52,865 nt of DNA from Candidatus Avimicrobium faecavium (GCA_904419105.1 CAJFQR010000001.1:1-52865), one strand, 5' to 3'. Shown: positions 9,845-18,440, counted from the first letter of the stretch. Made by a program: numbers and translations. Notes: generated by a model from the sequence alone, not told the origin.

Positions 9845-11191
9845 ATGTCCACTGAAAGACAGGAATCCAAGCTGATCCGAAACATTGGGTTCTGGCCTCT
9901 GATGGGTATCGCCTACGGGCAGATCATCGGCGCGGGCATTATGACCCAGACCGGTATCGCCATCGGCATGACCGGCACCGGCGTGGTGCTGGCCTACATT
10001 GTCTCCGCAATCTGCACCACCTTCCAGAACTTCCCCACCGCCATCCTCGGCGCCACGGTGCCGGTATCCGGCGGTGAGTACCGCTACATCAGCCGTCTGC
10101 GCGGCAAGAAGTGGGGCTTTGTCTACCTGGCCACCTATGTGGTCTCCAAGCTCACCATCGCGCTGTACGCCCTGAGCTGTGCCTCCTACCTGGTGGCCTT
10201 CCTCACCGGCATCAGCGAGAACATCATCGCCGTCTGCCTGCTGATCGCCGCCTTTGCCATCAACCTGCTAGGCACCAAGCAGTCGGCCTTTGTCACCACC
10301 GGCATCACCGCGCTGCTGCTGCTGGGCATGGCGCTGTTCCTGTTCTACGGTCTTCCCGAGACGGACATCGCCTATGTCTTTGACCCCTCGAACCTGATGG
10401 CCAACGGCCCCGGCAGCCTGCTGTCCGCCATTGCGCTGCTGTCCTTTGCCACCGGCGGCGCCCAGGTTATCGGCAATATGGGGTCCGAGATCATTGAACC
10501 CCAGAAGAATATGCCCCGGGTTATCATCATCTCCACCGTCACCGTCGGCGTTATGTATGCGCTGGTGGCAATGGTGGCCTCCGGCGTGCTGCCCATCGAG
10601 CAGGTCGCCGATCAGAACCTGTCGCTGGTAGCCCAGGAGGTTATGCCCGGCTGGGCCTTCACCTACTTCACGCTGGCCGCCGGCGCCGGCGCCACCGCCA
10701 AGACCCTCAACGTCACGCTGTCCTGGTCGCCCAAGCCGATCCTGGTTGCCTGTGACGACGGTATGCTCCCGAAGAGCTGGGGTACCGTGAGCAAACGGGG
10801 CGTTCCCTACAAGATCCTGATTGCCTTCTTCTTTGTCGGCCTGATTCCGCTGCTCATCGGTATGGATATCTCGCTGATCTCCAAGATGGGTACTGCCATC
10901 TCGCTGCTGTCCAAGATCATGTTCTCCTATGCCTTCCTCAACCTGCCGAAGAAGTATCCCGAGGCCTATGCCCGCAGTGAGATGAAGGTGTCCGAGGGCA
11001 CCATCAAGCTGCTGGGATACGGCAGCATCGTGCTGTCGGCCGTGTTCTCCGCCTCGCTGATTATCGAGCTGCCCACCGCAGCCAAGATCGGCTTCGTGAT
11101 CCTCTTTGCCGTTTCCATCGCCTATGCGAACTCCGGCAAGCTGGACAAGGTACAGATCCCGGACGACCTCGATGTCAACTATGTAAAATAA
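9845..11191 (+). CDS. APC family amino-acid permease, paralogue A2 (tandem duplicate of A1)
   Basis: Collinear with 8196-9557, with long identical stretches; AAGGAGG RBS. Confidence 0.88.
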   Translation: MSTERQESKLIRNIGFWPLMGIAYGQIIGAGIMTQTGIAIGMTGTGVVLAYIVSAICTTFQNFPTAILGATVPVSGGEYRYISRLRGKKWGFVYLATYVVSKLTIALYALSCASYLVAFLTGISENIIAVCLLIAAFAINLLGTKQSAFVTTGITALLLLGMALFLFYGLPETDIAYVFDPSNLMANGPGSLLSAIALLSFATGGAQVIGNMGSEIIEPQKNMPRVIIISTVTVGVMYALVAMVASGVLPIEQVADQNLSLVAQEVMPGWAFTYFTLAAGAGATAKTLNVTLSWSPKPILVACDDGMLPKSWGTVSKRGVPYKILIAFFFVGLIPLLIGMDISLISKMGTAISLLSKIMFSYAFLNLPKKYPEAYARSEMKVSEGTIKLLGYGSIVLSAVFSASLIIELPTAAKIGFVILFAVSIAYANSGKLDKVQIPDDLDVNYVK

Positions 11192-11215
11192 CCCCTGCCG
11201 AAGGGGAAGGGCCCC

Positions 11216-11248
11216 AAAAAGGGCGGACGCATAGCGTCCGTCCTTTTT
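11216..11248. terminator. Bidirectional terminator
   Basis: AAAAAGGGCGGACGC-ata-GCGTCCGTCCTTTTT between convergent genes. Confidence 0.8.
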
Positions 11249-11257
11249 CTTTTGCCG

Positions 11258-12820
11258 TTACAACGGTCGTTCCGCCAGGCGCATGATGAGCACGGTGCTG
11301 CCGTTTACCCTGTCCGGCCAGAAGGCTGCCGTTCCGTCGTCGGAGATGGCGATGGAGTCGATCACAATATTTTCCTCTGGGCAGACCTCCCATTCGGTAC
11401 AGGGATAGCCGCCGATCTCGGAGCTGTGGCTGCGAAGTTCGGCATCGCCGGCAATGGCTGTGATCTGCTCCATCGTCGGGATAAAACGCTCATACCCGTA
11501 GGTGGGCACTTCCAGCAGGATCCCGCCGTCTGCAGTGACCAGCCGGACGGCCAACTCATCCTCCTCCAGCGAGAGGGTGTCCGGATACCCGGCGTCCTCC
11601 CGGTTCAAAAACCAGCAGCGCAGCTCGGTGCCGTCGGTCTCCACCCGATAGACCATAAGACCGAGCGGTGCCCCGCTGATGCAGTACCAGATGGTATCCG
11701 CCTCCCCACGCCGGTGATGGTCGAGAAATTCCTCCAGGCGGGGGAGATTGGAAAAGAGATCCTCGGGGGCCAGCGTCTCCGGTACGCCGTCCGGGCAGGT
11801 GAGCCGGAAGAGTTCCGCTCCAAAGACGGCCCGGTCTTTCTCTCCCCGTTTCGCCGGTGCGGAATTGAAATACCGGAAAAAGACAAAGTCCTCCTGCGCC
11901 TGGTAAAATTCCTCCCAGGCCGGATCGCCGTTGATCATCTGGGTATTGAGGGAGAGGGCGGCCACCCCCACCTCCCGGTCTCGCTCGGTCAGCGGGTCGG
12001 GGGCCGGGCGGGGGCGCAGGAGAAGCAGGTCGGCGCCGCTTACCTGCTCGACGCCATAGGCGGCGGAGCCGTCCGGCGAGAGATAGAGCTCGAACCCGTC
12101 CGCCGTCAGGAGCACCGCTTCGCCCCGGTCGCCGTTTTGCACCGTCTGCTCCGTCACAGCCCTGCCGGCAGCGGCGGCAATCTCCTCCTCGGTGGGGACA
12201 AAGCGCTCAAACCCGTACCGGGGCCACACCAGCCAGATCTCGCCGTCCTCCTCCCGGAGCAGCACGGCGGCACCGGTCTCCTCCCAGGTGAGCGGGACGG
12301 TCTCCTCGGAAAGCAACCCTTCGGGGAGCTCCGGGTCCGGGTAGAAGTGCCGGGTGAGGGTTTCCCCGTCAAACTCCAGCTTGTAGAGCAGCAGCGGAAG
12401 CGGCTCGCCGGTGTCCCCGTACCAGAGGCTGTCCGGCGTACCGGCGGCCAGGTTTTCGAGGAACTGCTCCAGCCGGCCGCTCTCCTGCCAGACGCGGTTG
12501 TTGTCCAGCGAATCCGGGAAGGCCTCGTGGGTGAGCAGGACAGCGGTATCCGGCCCGAACTCCTCATAGCCGGCAAAGACCCATTCGGTCAGCCGCACCA
12601 GATCCTCCTGCCCGGCGGTGAAGGCCAGCAGCCCGTCCGCCCGCTGCGCCGCATACGCCCTCCGGGCAAAGTCCCGGTCCTCCCCGGCGGCATCCCCGGA
12701 GGAGGCTTCCGCCACGGGGCTTTCGGCCCCGGCGGGGCTCCCTTCGGCCGGGCCGCCTTCCGCCGTGCACCCGGCAAGGAGCATCAAAGCCAGCAGGGCG
12801 ATGGCGATTAACTTTTTCAT
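11258..12820 (-). CDS. Lipoprotein 3 (about 520 aa) with two tandem copies of a DUF4362-like module
   Basis: Signal MKKLIAIALLALMLLAGC (lipobox LAGC); internal repeat RLEQFLENL...EFDGETL...YGFERFVPT vs RLEEFLDHH...ETDGTEL...YGYERFIPT; alternative GTG start at 12829; domain name is by-eye resemblance. Confidence 0.85.
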   Translation of the reverse strand: MKKLIAIALLALMLLAGCTAEGGPAEGSPAGAESPVAEASSGDAAGEDRDFARRAYAAQRADGLLAFTAGQEDLVRLTEWVFAGYEEFGPDTAVLLTHEAFPDSLDNNRVWQESGRLEQFLENLAAGTPDSLWYGDTGEPLPLLLYKLEFDGETLTRHFYPDPELPEGLLSEETVPLTWEETGAAVLLREEDGEIWLVWPRYGFERFVPTEEEIAAAAGRAVTEQTVQNGDRGEAVLLTADGFELYLSPDGSAAYGVEQVSGADLLLLRPRPAPDPLTERDREVGVAALSLNTQMINGDPAWEEFYQAQEDFVFFRYFNSAPAKRGEKDRAVFGAELFRLTCPDGVPETLAPEDLFSNLPRLEEFLDHHRRGEADTIWYCISGAPLGLMVYRVETDGTELRCWFLNREDAGYPDTLSLEEDELAVRLVTADGGILLEVPTYGYERFIPTMEQITAIAGDAELRSHSSEIGGYPCTEWEVCPEENIVIDSIAISDDGTAAFWPDRVNGSTVLIMRLAERPL

Positions 12821-12855
12821 ATCGGTCACTCCCTTTCCTCAGTTTCATCTGCCGG
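12722..12855 (-). repeat. Junction repeat copy A (upstream tail, stop, RBS, start, lipoprotein signal)
   Basis: 12809-12855 is identical (47 bp) to 13534-13580; remainder is near-identical to copies B and C. Confidence 0.9.
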
Positions 12856-13545
12856 TGCGGAATCGGAGTATTGGAGAAAGACAAAGTCCTCCTGTGTATG
12901 CACGCTTCCTTCCACCAGGGCGAGATCGATTTTGGAGGCAGGTTCCTCTGCAGGCAGGAGGCGGATCCCCTCAGCAATGGCGCGGATCTCGTCATCGGAC
13001 AGCCCAGTCTCCGGTGCAAAAGCGATGGTGACCGACCCGGCAAGCTCCCGGTTATAGCAGAGCACCATCGGTACGGTGACAAAGGGAACCTCGCTGTTGG
13101 CAGTTTCCGGGTGAGCGGCGAGATAGTCCGGATCTTTGTAGGAGTAGTCGGCCAAGGCTGATTCGCCGGAATCAGTGATGGATACCGGTGTATATTGGTC
13201 TAGCGCTACCATACTGGAGAGGCGCAATGAGCTGTATACCACCTTCCATTCCTCGTCCCGGGGCAGATCCGGGTGCGCTGTATAGCTGGAAAAGGTGACC
13301 TCTGCTGCCACTTTGCCGTTGGCGTCCCGCAGTTCTGCCCGGTCGAGGTCCTCCGTGACGACCGACCAGCCGTTGGGCAGCGGAAACTGCGCGGTGGCAC
13401 GAGTCTCCGAGGGATAGAGGCTCATTGTGACTTTTGCCGCAGAGCTTTCGCCTCCGGCGGAGCTCCCTTCGGCCGGGCCGCCTTCCGCCGTGCACCCGGC
13501 AAGGAGCATCCAAGCCAGCAGGGCCATGGCGACTAACTTTTTCAT
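12826..13545 (-). CDS. Lipoprotein 2 (about 239 aa), stand-alone homologue of an ectodomain module of the M56 sensor
   Basis: Lipobox LAGC; EWKVVYSSLRLSS...YKD...HPET...LCYNREL...LSDDEIRAIAEGIRL matches the M56 protein. Confidence 0.85.
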   Translation of the reverse strand: MKKLVAMALLAWMLLAGCTAEGGPAEGSSAGGESSAAKVTMSLYPSETRATAQFPLPNGWSVVTEDLDRAELRDANGKVAAEVTFSSYTAHPDLPRDEEWKVVYSSLRLSSMVALDQYTPVSITDSGESALADYSYKDPDYLAAHPETANSEVPFVTVPMVLCYNRELAGSVTIAFAPETGLSDDEIRAIAEGIRLLPAEEPASKIDLALVEGSVHTQEDFVFLQYSDSAPADETEERE

Positions 13546-13580
13546 ATCGGTCACTCCCTTTCCTCAGTTTCATCTGCCGG
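13435..13580 (-). repeat. Junction repeat copy B
   Basis: 13435-13510 is identical (76 bp) to 15147-15222; 13534-13580 is identical to 12809-12855. Confidence 0.9.
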
Positions 13581-15257
13581 CGCCGGTATGGTAAACAGAT
13601 AGGTATTTCCATGGGCCCGGTCCGGTCGGAAGGCGGCGGAGCCGTCGTCGGCGTAGGCGATCTCCATTTGGTCGGCGCCGCCGGCTCGGAAGGCGTACAG
13701 CTCACAGGGCAGGCCGGAGCGGGTGGTGTAGGCCGGGTCGGTGAGCACCAGCTCCCCGTCCGGGGCCAGCAGCCGCAGGTCCTCTTCGGTGGGGAGGTAC
13801 CGGACCAGCCCGTTTTTCGGGAAGAGGGCTTCCGGCTCCCCGTCCTGCAGCACCAGCCAGGCGGTGCCGGTCTCCAGCCAGTCCACCGGCTGAAAGGAGT
13901 TGTTTGCATACGAACCGGTCCACCAGCTCGGGTCGAACCGCCGGGAAAGGGTCTCTCCGTCAAACCGGTATTCCACCATCCGCAAGAGCAGCGGCGAACC
14001 GGTGTAGCAGAAGAGGATCCGGTCCGGTTCCCCGGCGGAGACATTCTCCCAGAAGCGGATCAGCCGGTCGGCGTGGAGATAGAGCTCCTCACCGGAGAGG
14101 CGTTCAGGGATCTGGTCCTCCGGCTGGCAGTTGTACAGCACTCCAAGGCCCCTGCCCTCAGGGAGGAGTTCCGGCTCCCAGCAGAAGAGCATGCAGTCCA
14201 TCTGCCGCTGCCAGACCAGATCGGGCTGGCTCTCGACAAAGGCCGCCCAACGGCCGTCTGTAAAGGCGTCAAAGCTGGCCGCCCGCAGCATGGAATAGCC
14301 CTCCGGGGCGGTTTCCGGCAGCCAGTCGGGCAGGGTGGTGTCCCGGGTCAGCGGGTTGGGCAGGGCCTCCAGCCGCACCTGCCAGGGAGAATCCTCCGTC
14401 CGCCGCTCGGCGGTGAACCGCCACCCCTGATAGAAGGCGTTGGCGGTAAGCCCCGCCGGCGGCGTCTCTCCGGTGGAAAGGTCCAGAGTGGCGGAGCAGC
14501 GCAGCTCCTCCCCCTCCTGATTGAGGGAGGAGGTGTGCAGTGTGCGGACGGTGATGCCGGGCCAGAGATCCAGCGCCCGCCGGAGGACGGCGGCGTCCAG
14601 GTCTGCCCGGGCCTGCCGGGGTACCTCCGCCGGGTAGGTGAACCGCTCCAGCAGCCAGAGGCCGTCCTCTTCCACCAGTGTCATCGGGGCGCTCCAGAGG
14701 ATTGAGCCTTCGCGTGGCCAGGTGAACCAGCCCTGCAGCTCCATCCGGCCGGGGCTCACCGCTTCAACGGTGAAGTATTCGAGCTGTTCCAGCCCTTCGC
14801 CGTCCGGCCAGAGCGGGGCGTCGGGGAGGCTCGCCAGCGCTTCGGCGGTAAATACCTCTCCCGCCGGGGCCCCCTCCTTCCCCTCGTAGAGGGCGCAGGC
14901 ACAGGCCCAGAGGTCCACCGCCGGGCCTGTCAGGTCCTCCCCCTCCGGCCCGGTCACCGGGTGTTCCAGCACAGTGGCGGCGACCCGGATCACATCGTCA
15001 TACCGGGGACCGAAGGGGCCAAAGTCGAGACCGATCATCTTGTACATACCGCCGTACTGGATCTCCCCGATGGAGGAGAAGATCTCCCCTTCCGGGACGC
15101 CCGGGGCGGCATCGCCTTCGCCGGAGGAAACCTCGGAGGCGGGCTCTGCCGCAGAGCTTTCGCCTCCGGCGGAGCTCCCTTCGGCCGGGCCGCCTTCCGC
15201 CGTGCACCCGGCAAGGAGCATCAAAGCCAGCAGGGCCATGGCAACTAACTTTTTCAT
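13551..15257 (-). CDS. Lipoprotein 1 (about 568 aa): N-half resembles the M56 C-terminal modules, C-half is a DUF4362-like module
   Basis: Lipobox LAGC; AVDLWAC, TLVEEDGLWLLERFTYP, YQGWRF; RLIRFWENV...RFDGETLSR...RYLPTEE. Confidence 0.85.
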   Translation of the reverse strand: MKKLVAMALLALMLLAGCTAEGGPAEGSSAGGESSAAEPASEVSSGEGDAAPGVPEGEIFSSIGEIQYGGMYKMIGLDFGPFGPRYDDVIRVAATVLEHPVTGPEGEDLTGPAVDLWACACALYEGKEGAPAGEVFTAEALASLPDAPLWPDGEGLEQLEYFTVEAVSPGRMELQGWFTWPREGSILWSAPMTLVEEDGLWLLERFTYPAEVPRQARADLDAAVLRRALDLWPGITVRTLHTSSLNQEGEELRCSATLDLSTGETPPAGLTANAFYQGWRFTAERRTEDSPWQVRLEALPNPLTRDTTLPDWLPETAPEGYSMLRAASFDAFTDGRWAAFVESQPDLVWQRQMDCMLFCWEPELLPEGRGLGVLYNCQPEDQIPERLSGEELYLHADRLIRFWENVSAGEPDRILFCYTGSPLLLRMVEYRFDGETLSRRFDPSWWTGSYANNSFQPVDWLETGTAWLVLQDGEPEALFPKNGLVRYLPTEEDLRLLAPDGELVLTDPAYTTRSGLPCELYAFRAGGADQMEIAYADDGSAAFRPDRAHGNTYLFTIPAPADETEERE

Positions 15258-15274
15258 ACCGGTCACTCCCTTTC
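15147..15274 (-). repeat. Junction repeat copy C (RBS and signal-peptide region of the first lipoprotein)
   Basis: Near-identical to copies A and B across the RBS and the first ~36 codons. Confidence 0.9.
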
Positions 15275-15342
15275 ATCCTTTAGTGTATCAAATTATCGGG
15301 GAAGTTTCCACCCTTTCCCACCGTCATTGTGGAAAACTTTAC

Positions 15343-15368
15343 AAAAAAAGACGCCCCGAAGGGCGTCT
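15343..15368 (-). terminator. Intrinsic terminator after the M56 gene
   Basis: Minus strand AGACGCCC-ttcg-GGGCGTCT followed by a T run. Confidence 0.75.
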
Positions 15369-15376
15369 GTCCATTG

Positions 15377-18004
15377 TCATTCGGCCGCTGCCGCCTGCCA
15401 GTTCCCGTCCCGGCGCCGGGCGGCCCAGCGGGTCCCCTGATAGCCGGTGGTCCCCACCGAGAAGTCCACCTCGAGGAGGAAGTCCCGGTCCTCCCCGGCG
15501 GCGCTGTCCTCTAGCAGAAGGTCGCTGTCCACCACCGCCCCGGGATAGGCGGCCTGGATCGCCTCGGTCACCGCCTGAAGGGCGGCGGCGTATTCGGCGG
15601 AAAAGGCCGTTTCGGGGTAGGTGTACTCCGCCACATACCAGATGCCGTCCACCTGCTCCAGCGTGAAGTTCACCGGGCGGTAGTGGGGAACATAGGCCGG
15701 GTCGGTATCCCGCTCGATGCCGCCGGCGTTTGTCTCATACCAGGCCCGCAGGGTCACCCGGCCGGGGGCGGAGGACACCGGTTCCAGCCCGGACAGCGCC
15801 AGCTCATAGGCATAGCCGGTGCGCCAGGGTCCCAGCCGCCACACCCGGCCATCGGCGGTGCGGGTGATGCGGGTCACCTCGCTGGCCTCAAAGGCGGCAC
15901 GGGCCTCCGGGGTGAAGATCGAGCCGATGGTGGCCTCGTAGTCGTTCAGCTCATAGAACATCGGCATATCGTCACGGAGCATCTCATAGCTCCCATCGGG
16001 AAAGAGGACGGTGTCGTCCACATTGTAGGCGGCGCTGGCGCAGTACCAGAGGTCTACGGCGATACCGGTGATGTCGCTGCCGGCGGCGTCGGTGAGATGC
16101 AGCCCGGAGAGGTCGTACTGTTCGGAGAAGCTGCCGGGGTAACGGCGGCCGGTGGGCCCATAGGACCAGTCCGCCCCGGTCCCACCGCTGAGCGTGAGGC
16201 TCTCCGCCAGCGTGGCCAGGTCGCTGTCGGACAGGCTCACCGCCGGGTCCAGCCGCAGCGCCAGCCAGGCGGGCAGCGTCCGGTCGTAGCAGAGCAGCCC
16301 GGTGGTGGTCAACTCAGGCACGGCGGCGTTGTCGGTGCCGGGGTGCTGGGCCCGCCAGCCCTCGTCCTTGTAGGTGACGGCGGCGGTGCCGGTTTCCCCG
16401 TTTTGGGAGCTTGCCATCGGGACAAAGTCCCCCCACACCTCGCTGGAGGAGAGCCGCAGCTCGTAAAATACCGTCTTCCACTCGTCGCCATCGGGGATCT
16501 CCGCCGCAGGGGTCGGCTCATAGCCGGACACCGTCACCGCCGCCACAAAGGTCTCCCCGTCCCAGATCCCCGCCTGATAGGGCAGTGAGGCGATATGATG
16601 GGCCGGGTCCCCGTCGTCGATGCGCAGCTGCCAGTCCTCCGGGAGCAGCAGCCGGGCCACCACCGACTGGTAGGCGCTCTCCCCGCCGGTGAGGGGTGTC
16701 TCGATGCTCACCCACTTCCATCCATCCGGCACCGCAGCGGTGACCGGGCCGCCGTCCGCTGCCGCCAGCAGGTCCACCTCCAATGGGGCGGAGGCCTCCG
16801 GCAGGGTGGCGGTGAGCCACAGCTCGGTGTACCCGGCGGTGAGGTCCACCGAATAGCTCTCCCCGGCCTGCCAGTCGGTGTTCTCAAACAGGTGGACGCT
16901 CATGCCGCCGTCGGGGCCGTCCGCCGTGCGGCCGTTCACCAGCACCGACCAGCCCTCCGCCGGGCCCCGGGCCGGCAGTGTGAAGGAGACGTTCCCGCTC
17001 TCATAGCGGACGCTCTCCCCGAGGGCGGAGAGGGCCTCATCGGCGGAGAGTTCCCTCGCCCCGGTGAAGGCGCACCCGGCCAGCAGCGCCAGCCCTGCCG
17101 CCACCGCGGCAAAGGCCGCCTTCCCGGTGTGGGGTCCTTTGGCGATCAGGGCGATGCGCTCCCGCAGTCCGCCGGAGGTCATCATCGTGGCGGCACAGCC
17201 CGGGGCGGTGGTTTTCCGGGCGCGCACCAGCGCCAGCAGCGTGCGGCCATAGGCCGGGCCCTCCGCTTCGCCGAGGGCCGCCACCGCCCGCTCGTCACAG
17301 CTCAGCTCGCTGTCGTCCCGGCTGAGCCTGGCTGCCAGCCACACCAGCGGGTCGAACCAGTACAGCGTCAGGCACAGCCCCCGCGCCACCGCCCAGAGAT
17401 GGTCCCCCTGCCGGTAGTGGCAGAGCTCATGGGTGAGCACATGGCGCAGCGTCCGCCCATCGGCGGCGGCCTCCGGGGTGAGGTAGACCGCCGGCGTTGG
17501 GAAGCCGAAGAGACAGGGGGTCGGCAGAGACGGGGCCAGGTACACCGGCAGCGGGCTCTGCACCCCTTCCGGCAGGGAAAAGGCCCGCCGCTCCCGGCGC
17601 AGCCCCCGGGCAAAGCGCAGGTTGACCGCCAGCAGCCACCCGCCGGTGACCGCCGCCCCTGCCAGCCAGATCAGGGCGAGGGGTTCTATCGTCCGGGCGG
17701 GAGCGGCCTCCTGTGAGGTGCCGTCTGCCGGGGCCTCCGGCAGGGTATCCGCCGGCGTCTCCGGCCCGGTGAACACCTCCACCCGCACCGGCTGGAAGGC
17801 CGCCAGCCGTTCCGCCGCAGGGAGGTTCATCACGCTGGATGCCGCCGGTGGGGAGAGGGGCACCAGCAGCCGCAGTACCACCGCCAGCCAGAGGGCATAG
17901 CGGAGCTGCCGGCTCAGCCTGTCCCGGAGCACCAGCCGGAGCAGCACCACCGCCAGGATCACCACCGATGAGGTGATGAGCAGTTCCATCGGGGAGGCAA
18001 GCAT
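15377..18004 (-). CDS. BlaR1/MecR1-like M56 metallopeptidase sensor with a non-penicillin-binding multi-module ectodomain
   Basis: LRYALWLAVVLRLLVP, TPCLFG, HELCH (HExxH), YWFDPLVW, ELSCDE and LRERI motifs; downstream of a blaI-like gene; no class D beta-lactamase-like domain recognisable. Confidence 0.9.
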   Translation of the reverse strand: MLASPMELLITSSVVILAVVLLRLVLRDRLSRQLRYALWLAVVLRLLVPLSPPAASSVMNLPAAERLAAFQPVRVEVFTGPETPADTLPEAPADGTSQEAAPARTIEPLALIWLAGAAVTGGWLLAVNLRFARGLRRERRAFSLPEGVQSPLPVYLAPSLPTPCLFGFPTPAVYLTPEAAADGRTLRHVLTHELCHYRQGDHLWAVARGLCLTLYWFDPLVWLAARLSRDDSELSCDERAVAALGEAEGPAYGRTLLALVRARKTTAPGCAATMMTSGGLRERIALIAKGPHTGKAAFAAVAAGLALLAGCAFTGARELSADEALSALGESVRYESGNVSFTLPARGPAEGWSVLVNGRTADGPDGGMSVHLFENTDWQAGESYSVDLTAGYTELWLTATLPEASAPLEVDLLAAADGGPVTAAVPDGWKWVSIETPLTGGESAYQSVVARLLLPEDWQLRIDDGDPAHHIASLPYQAGIWDGETFVAAVTVSGYEPTPAAEIPDGDEWKTVFYELRLSSSEVWGDFVPMASSQNGETGTAAVTYKDEGWRAQHPGTDNAAVPELTTTGLLCYDRTLPAWLALRLDPAVSLSDSDLATLAESLTLSGGTGADWSYGPTGRRYPGSFSEQYDLSGLHLTDAAGSDITGIAVDLWYCASAAYNVDDTVLFPDGSYEMLRDDMPMFYELNDYEATIGSIFTPEARAAFEASEVTRITRTADGRVWRLGPWRTGYAYELALSGLEPVSSAPGRVTLRAWYETNAGGIERDTDPAYVPHYRPVNFTLEQVDGIWYVAEYTYPETAFSAEYAAALQAVTEAIQAAYPGAVVDSDLLLEDSAAGEDRDFLLEVDFSVGTTGYQGTRWAARRRDGNWQAAAAE

Positions 18005-18010
18005 AGCGGG

Positions 18011-18418
18011 TCAGCTCCTTTCTGTCGTCTCATCGGCGGCGCGGCGGGCGGCCTCCGCCCGGCGCAGCACCGCGTCCAGTTCCTCCAGCGTCTCATCCGA
18101 GAGGTCCTCGTCCGCCAGCAGGGTGCTCACCAGCAGCCCCAGGCTCCCGCCGTAGAGCCGTTCCAGCAGCCCCTTTGTCTCCCGGCGACAGGCCTCCGAC
18201 CGGTCCATTGCCGGATAGAAGACCTTTGCCCGGCCGCCGTCCTCATGGCGCACCGCCCCCTTCTTCTCCAGCCGGGACAGCATCGTGATCACCGTGTTCT
18301 TCTGCCAGCCGGTCTCCTCCCGCAGCCCCTCGGTCAGGGCGGTGATGGTGGCCGGGCCCTCCCACAGGCGGTTCATCAGCTTCCATTCGCCGTCCGAGAG
18401 GGTGATGGACTTTTTCAT
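18011..18418 (-). CDS. BlaI/MecI/CopY family repressor
   Basis: LSDGEWKLMNRLW...WQKNTVITMLSRLEKKG...LLERLYGGS; AAGGAG RBS before ATG 18418. Confidence 0.92.
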   Translation of the reverse strand: MKKSITLSDGEWKLMNRLWEGPATITALTEGLREETGWQKNTVITMLSRLEKKGAVRHEDGGRAKVFYPAMDRSEACRRETKGLLERLYGGSLGLLVSTLLADEDLSDETLEELDAVLRRAEAARRAADETTERS

Positions 18419-18440
18419 CGCACGTCGCTCCTTTCCGTTT

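Noticed and set aside
11258-15274. Lipoprotein array as a shufflon or diversity-generating retroelement
   Set aside because: Repeats are direct rather than inverted, there is no adjacent recombinase or reverse transcriptase, and mismatches are not adenine-specific
15377-18418. Classical beta-lactam resistance locus (blaZ/mecA)
   Set aside because: No penicillin-binding sensor domain and no beta-lactamase or PBP gene nearby
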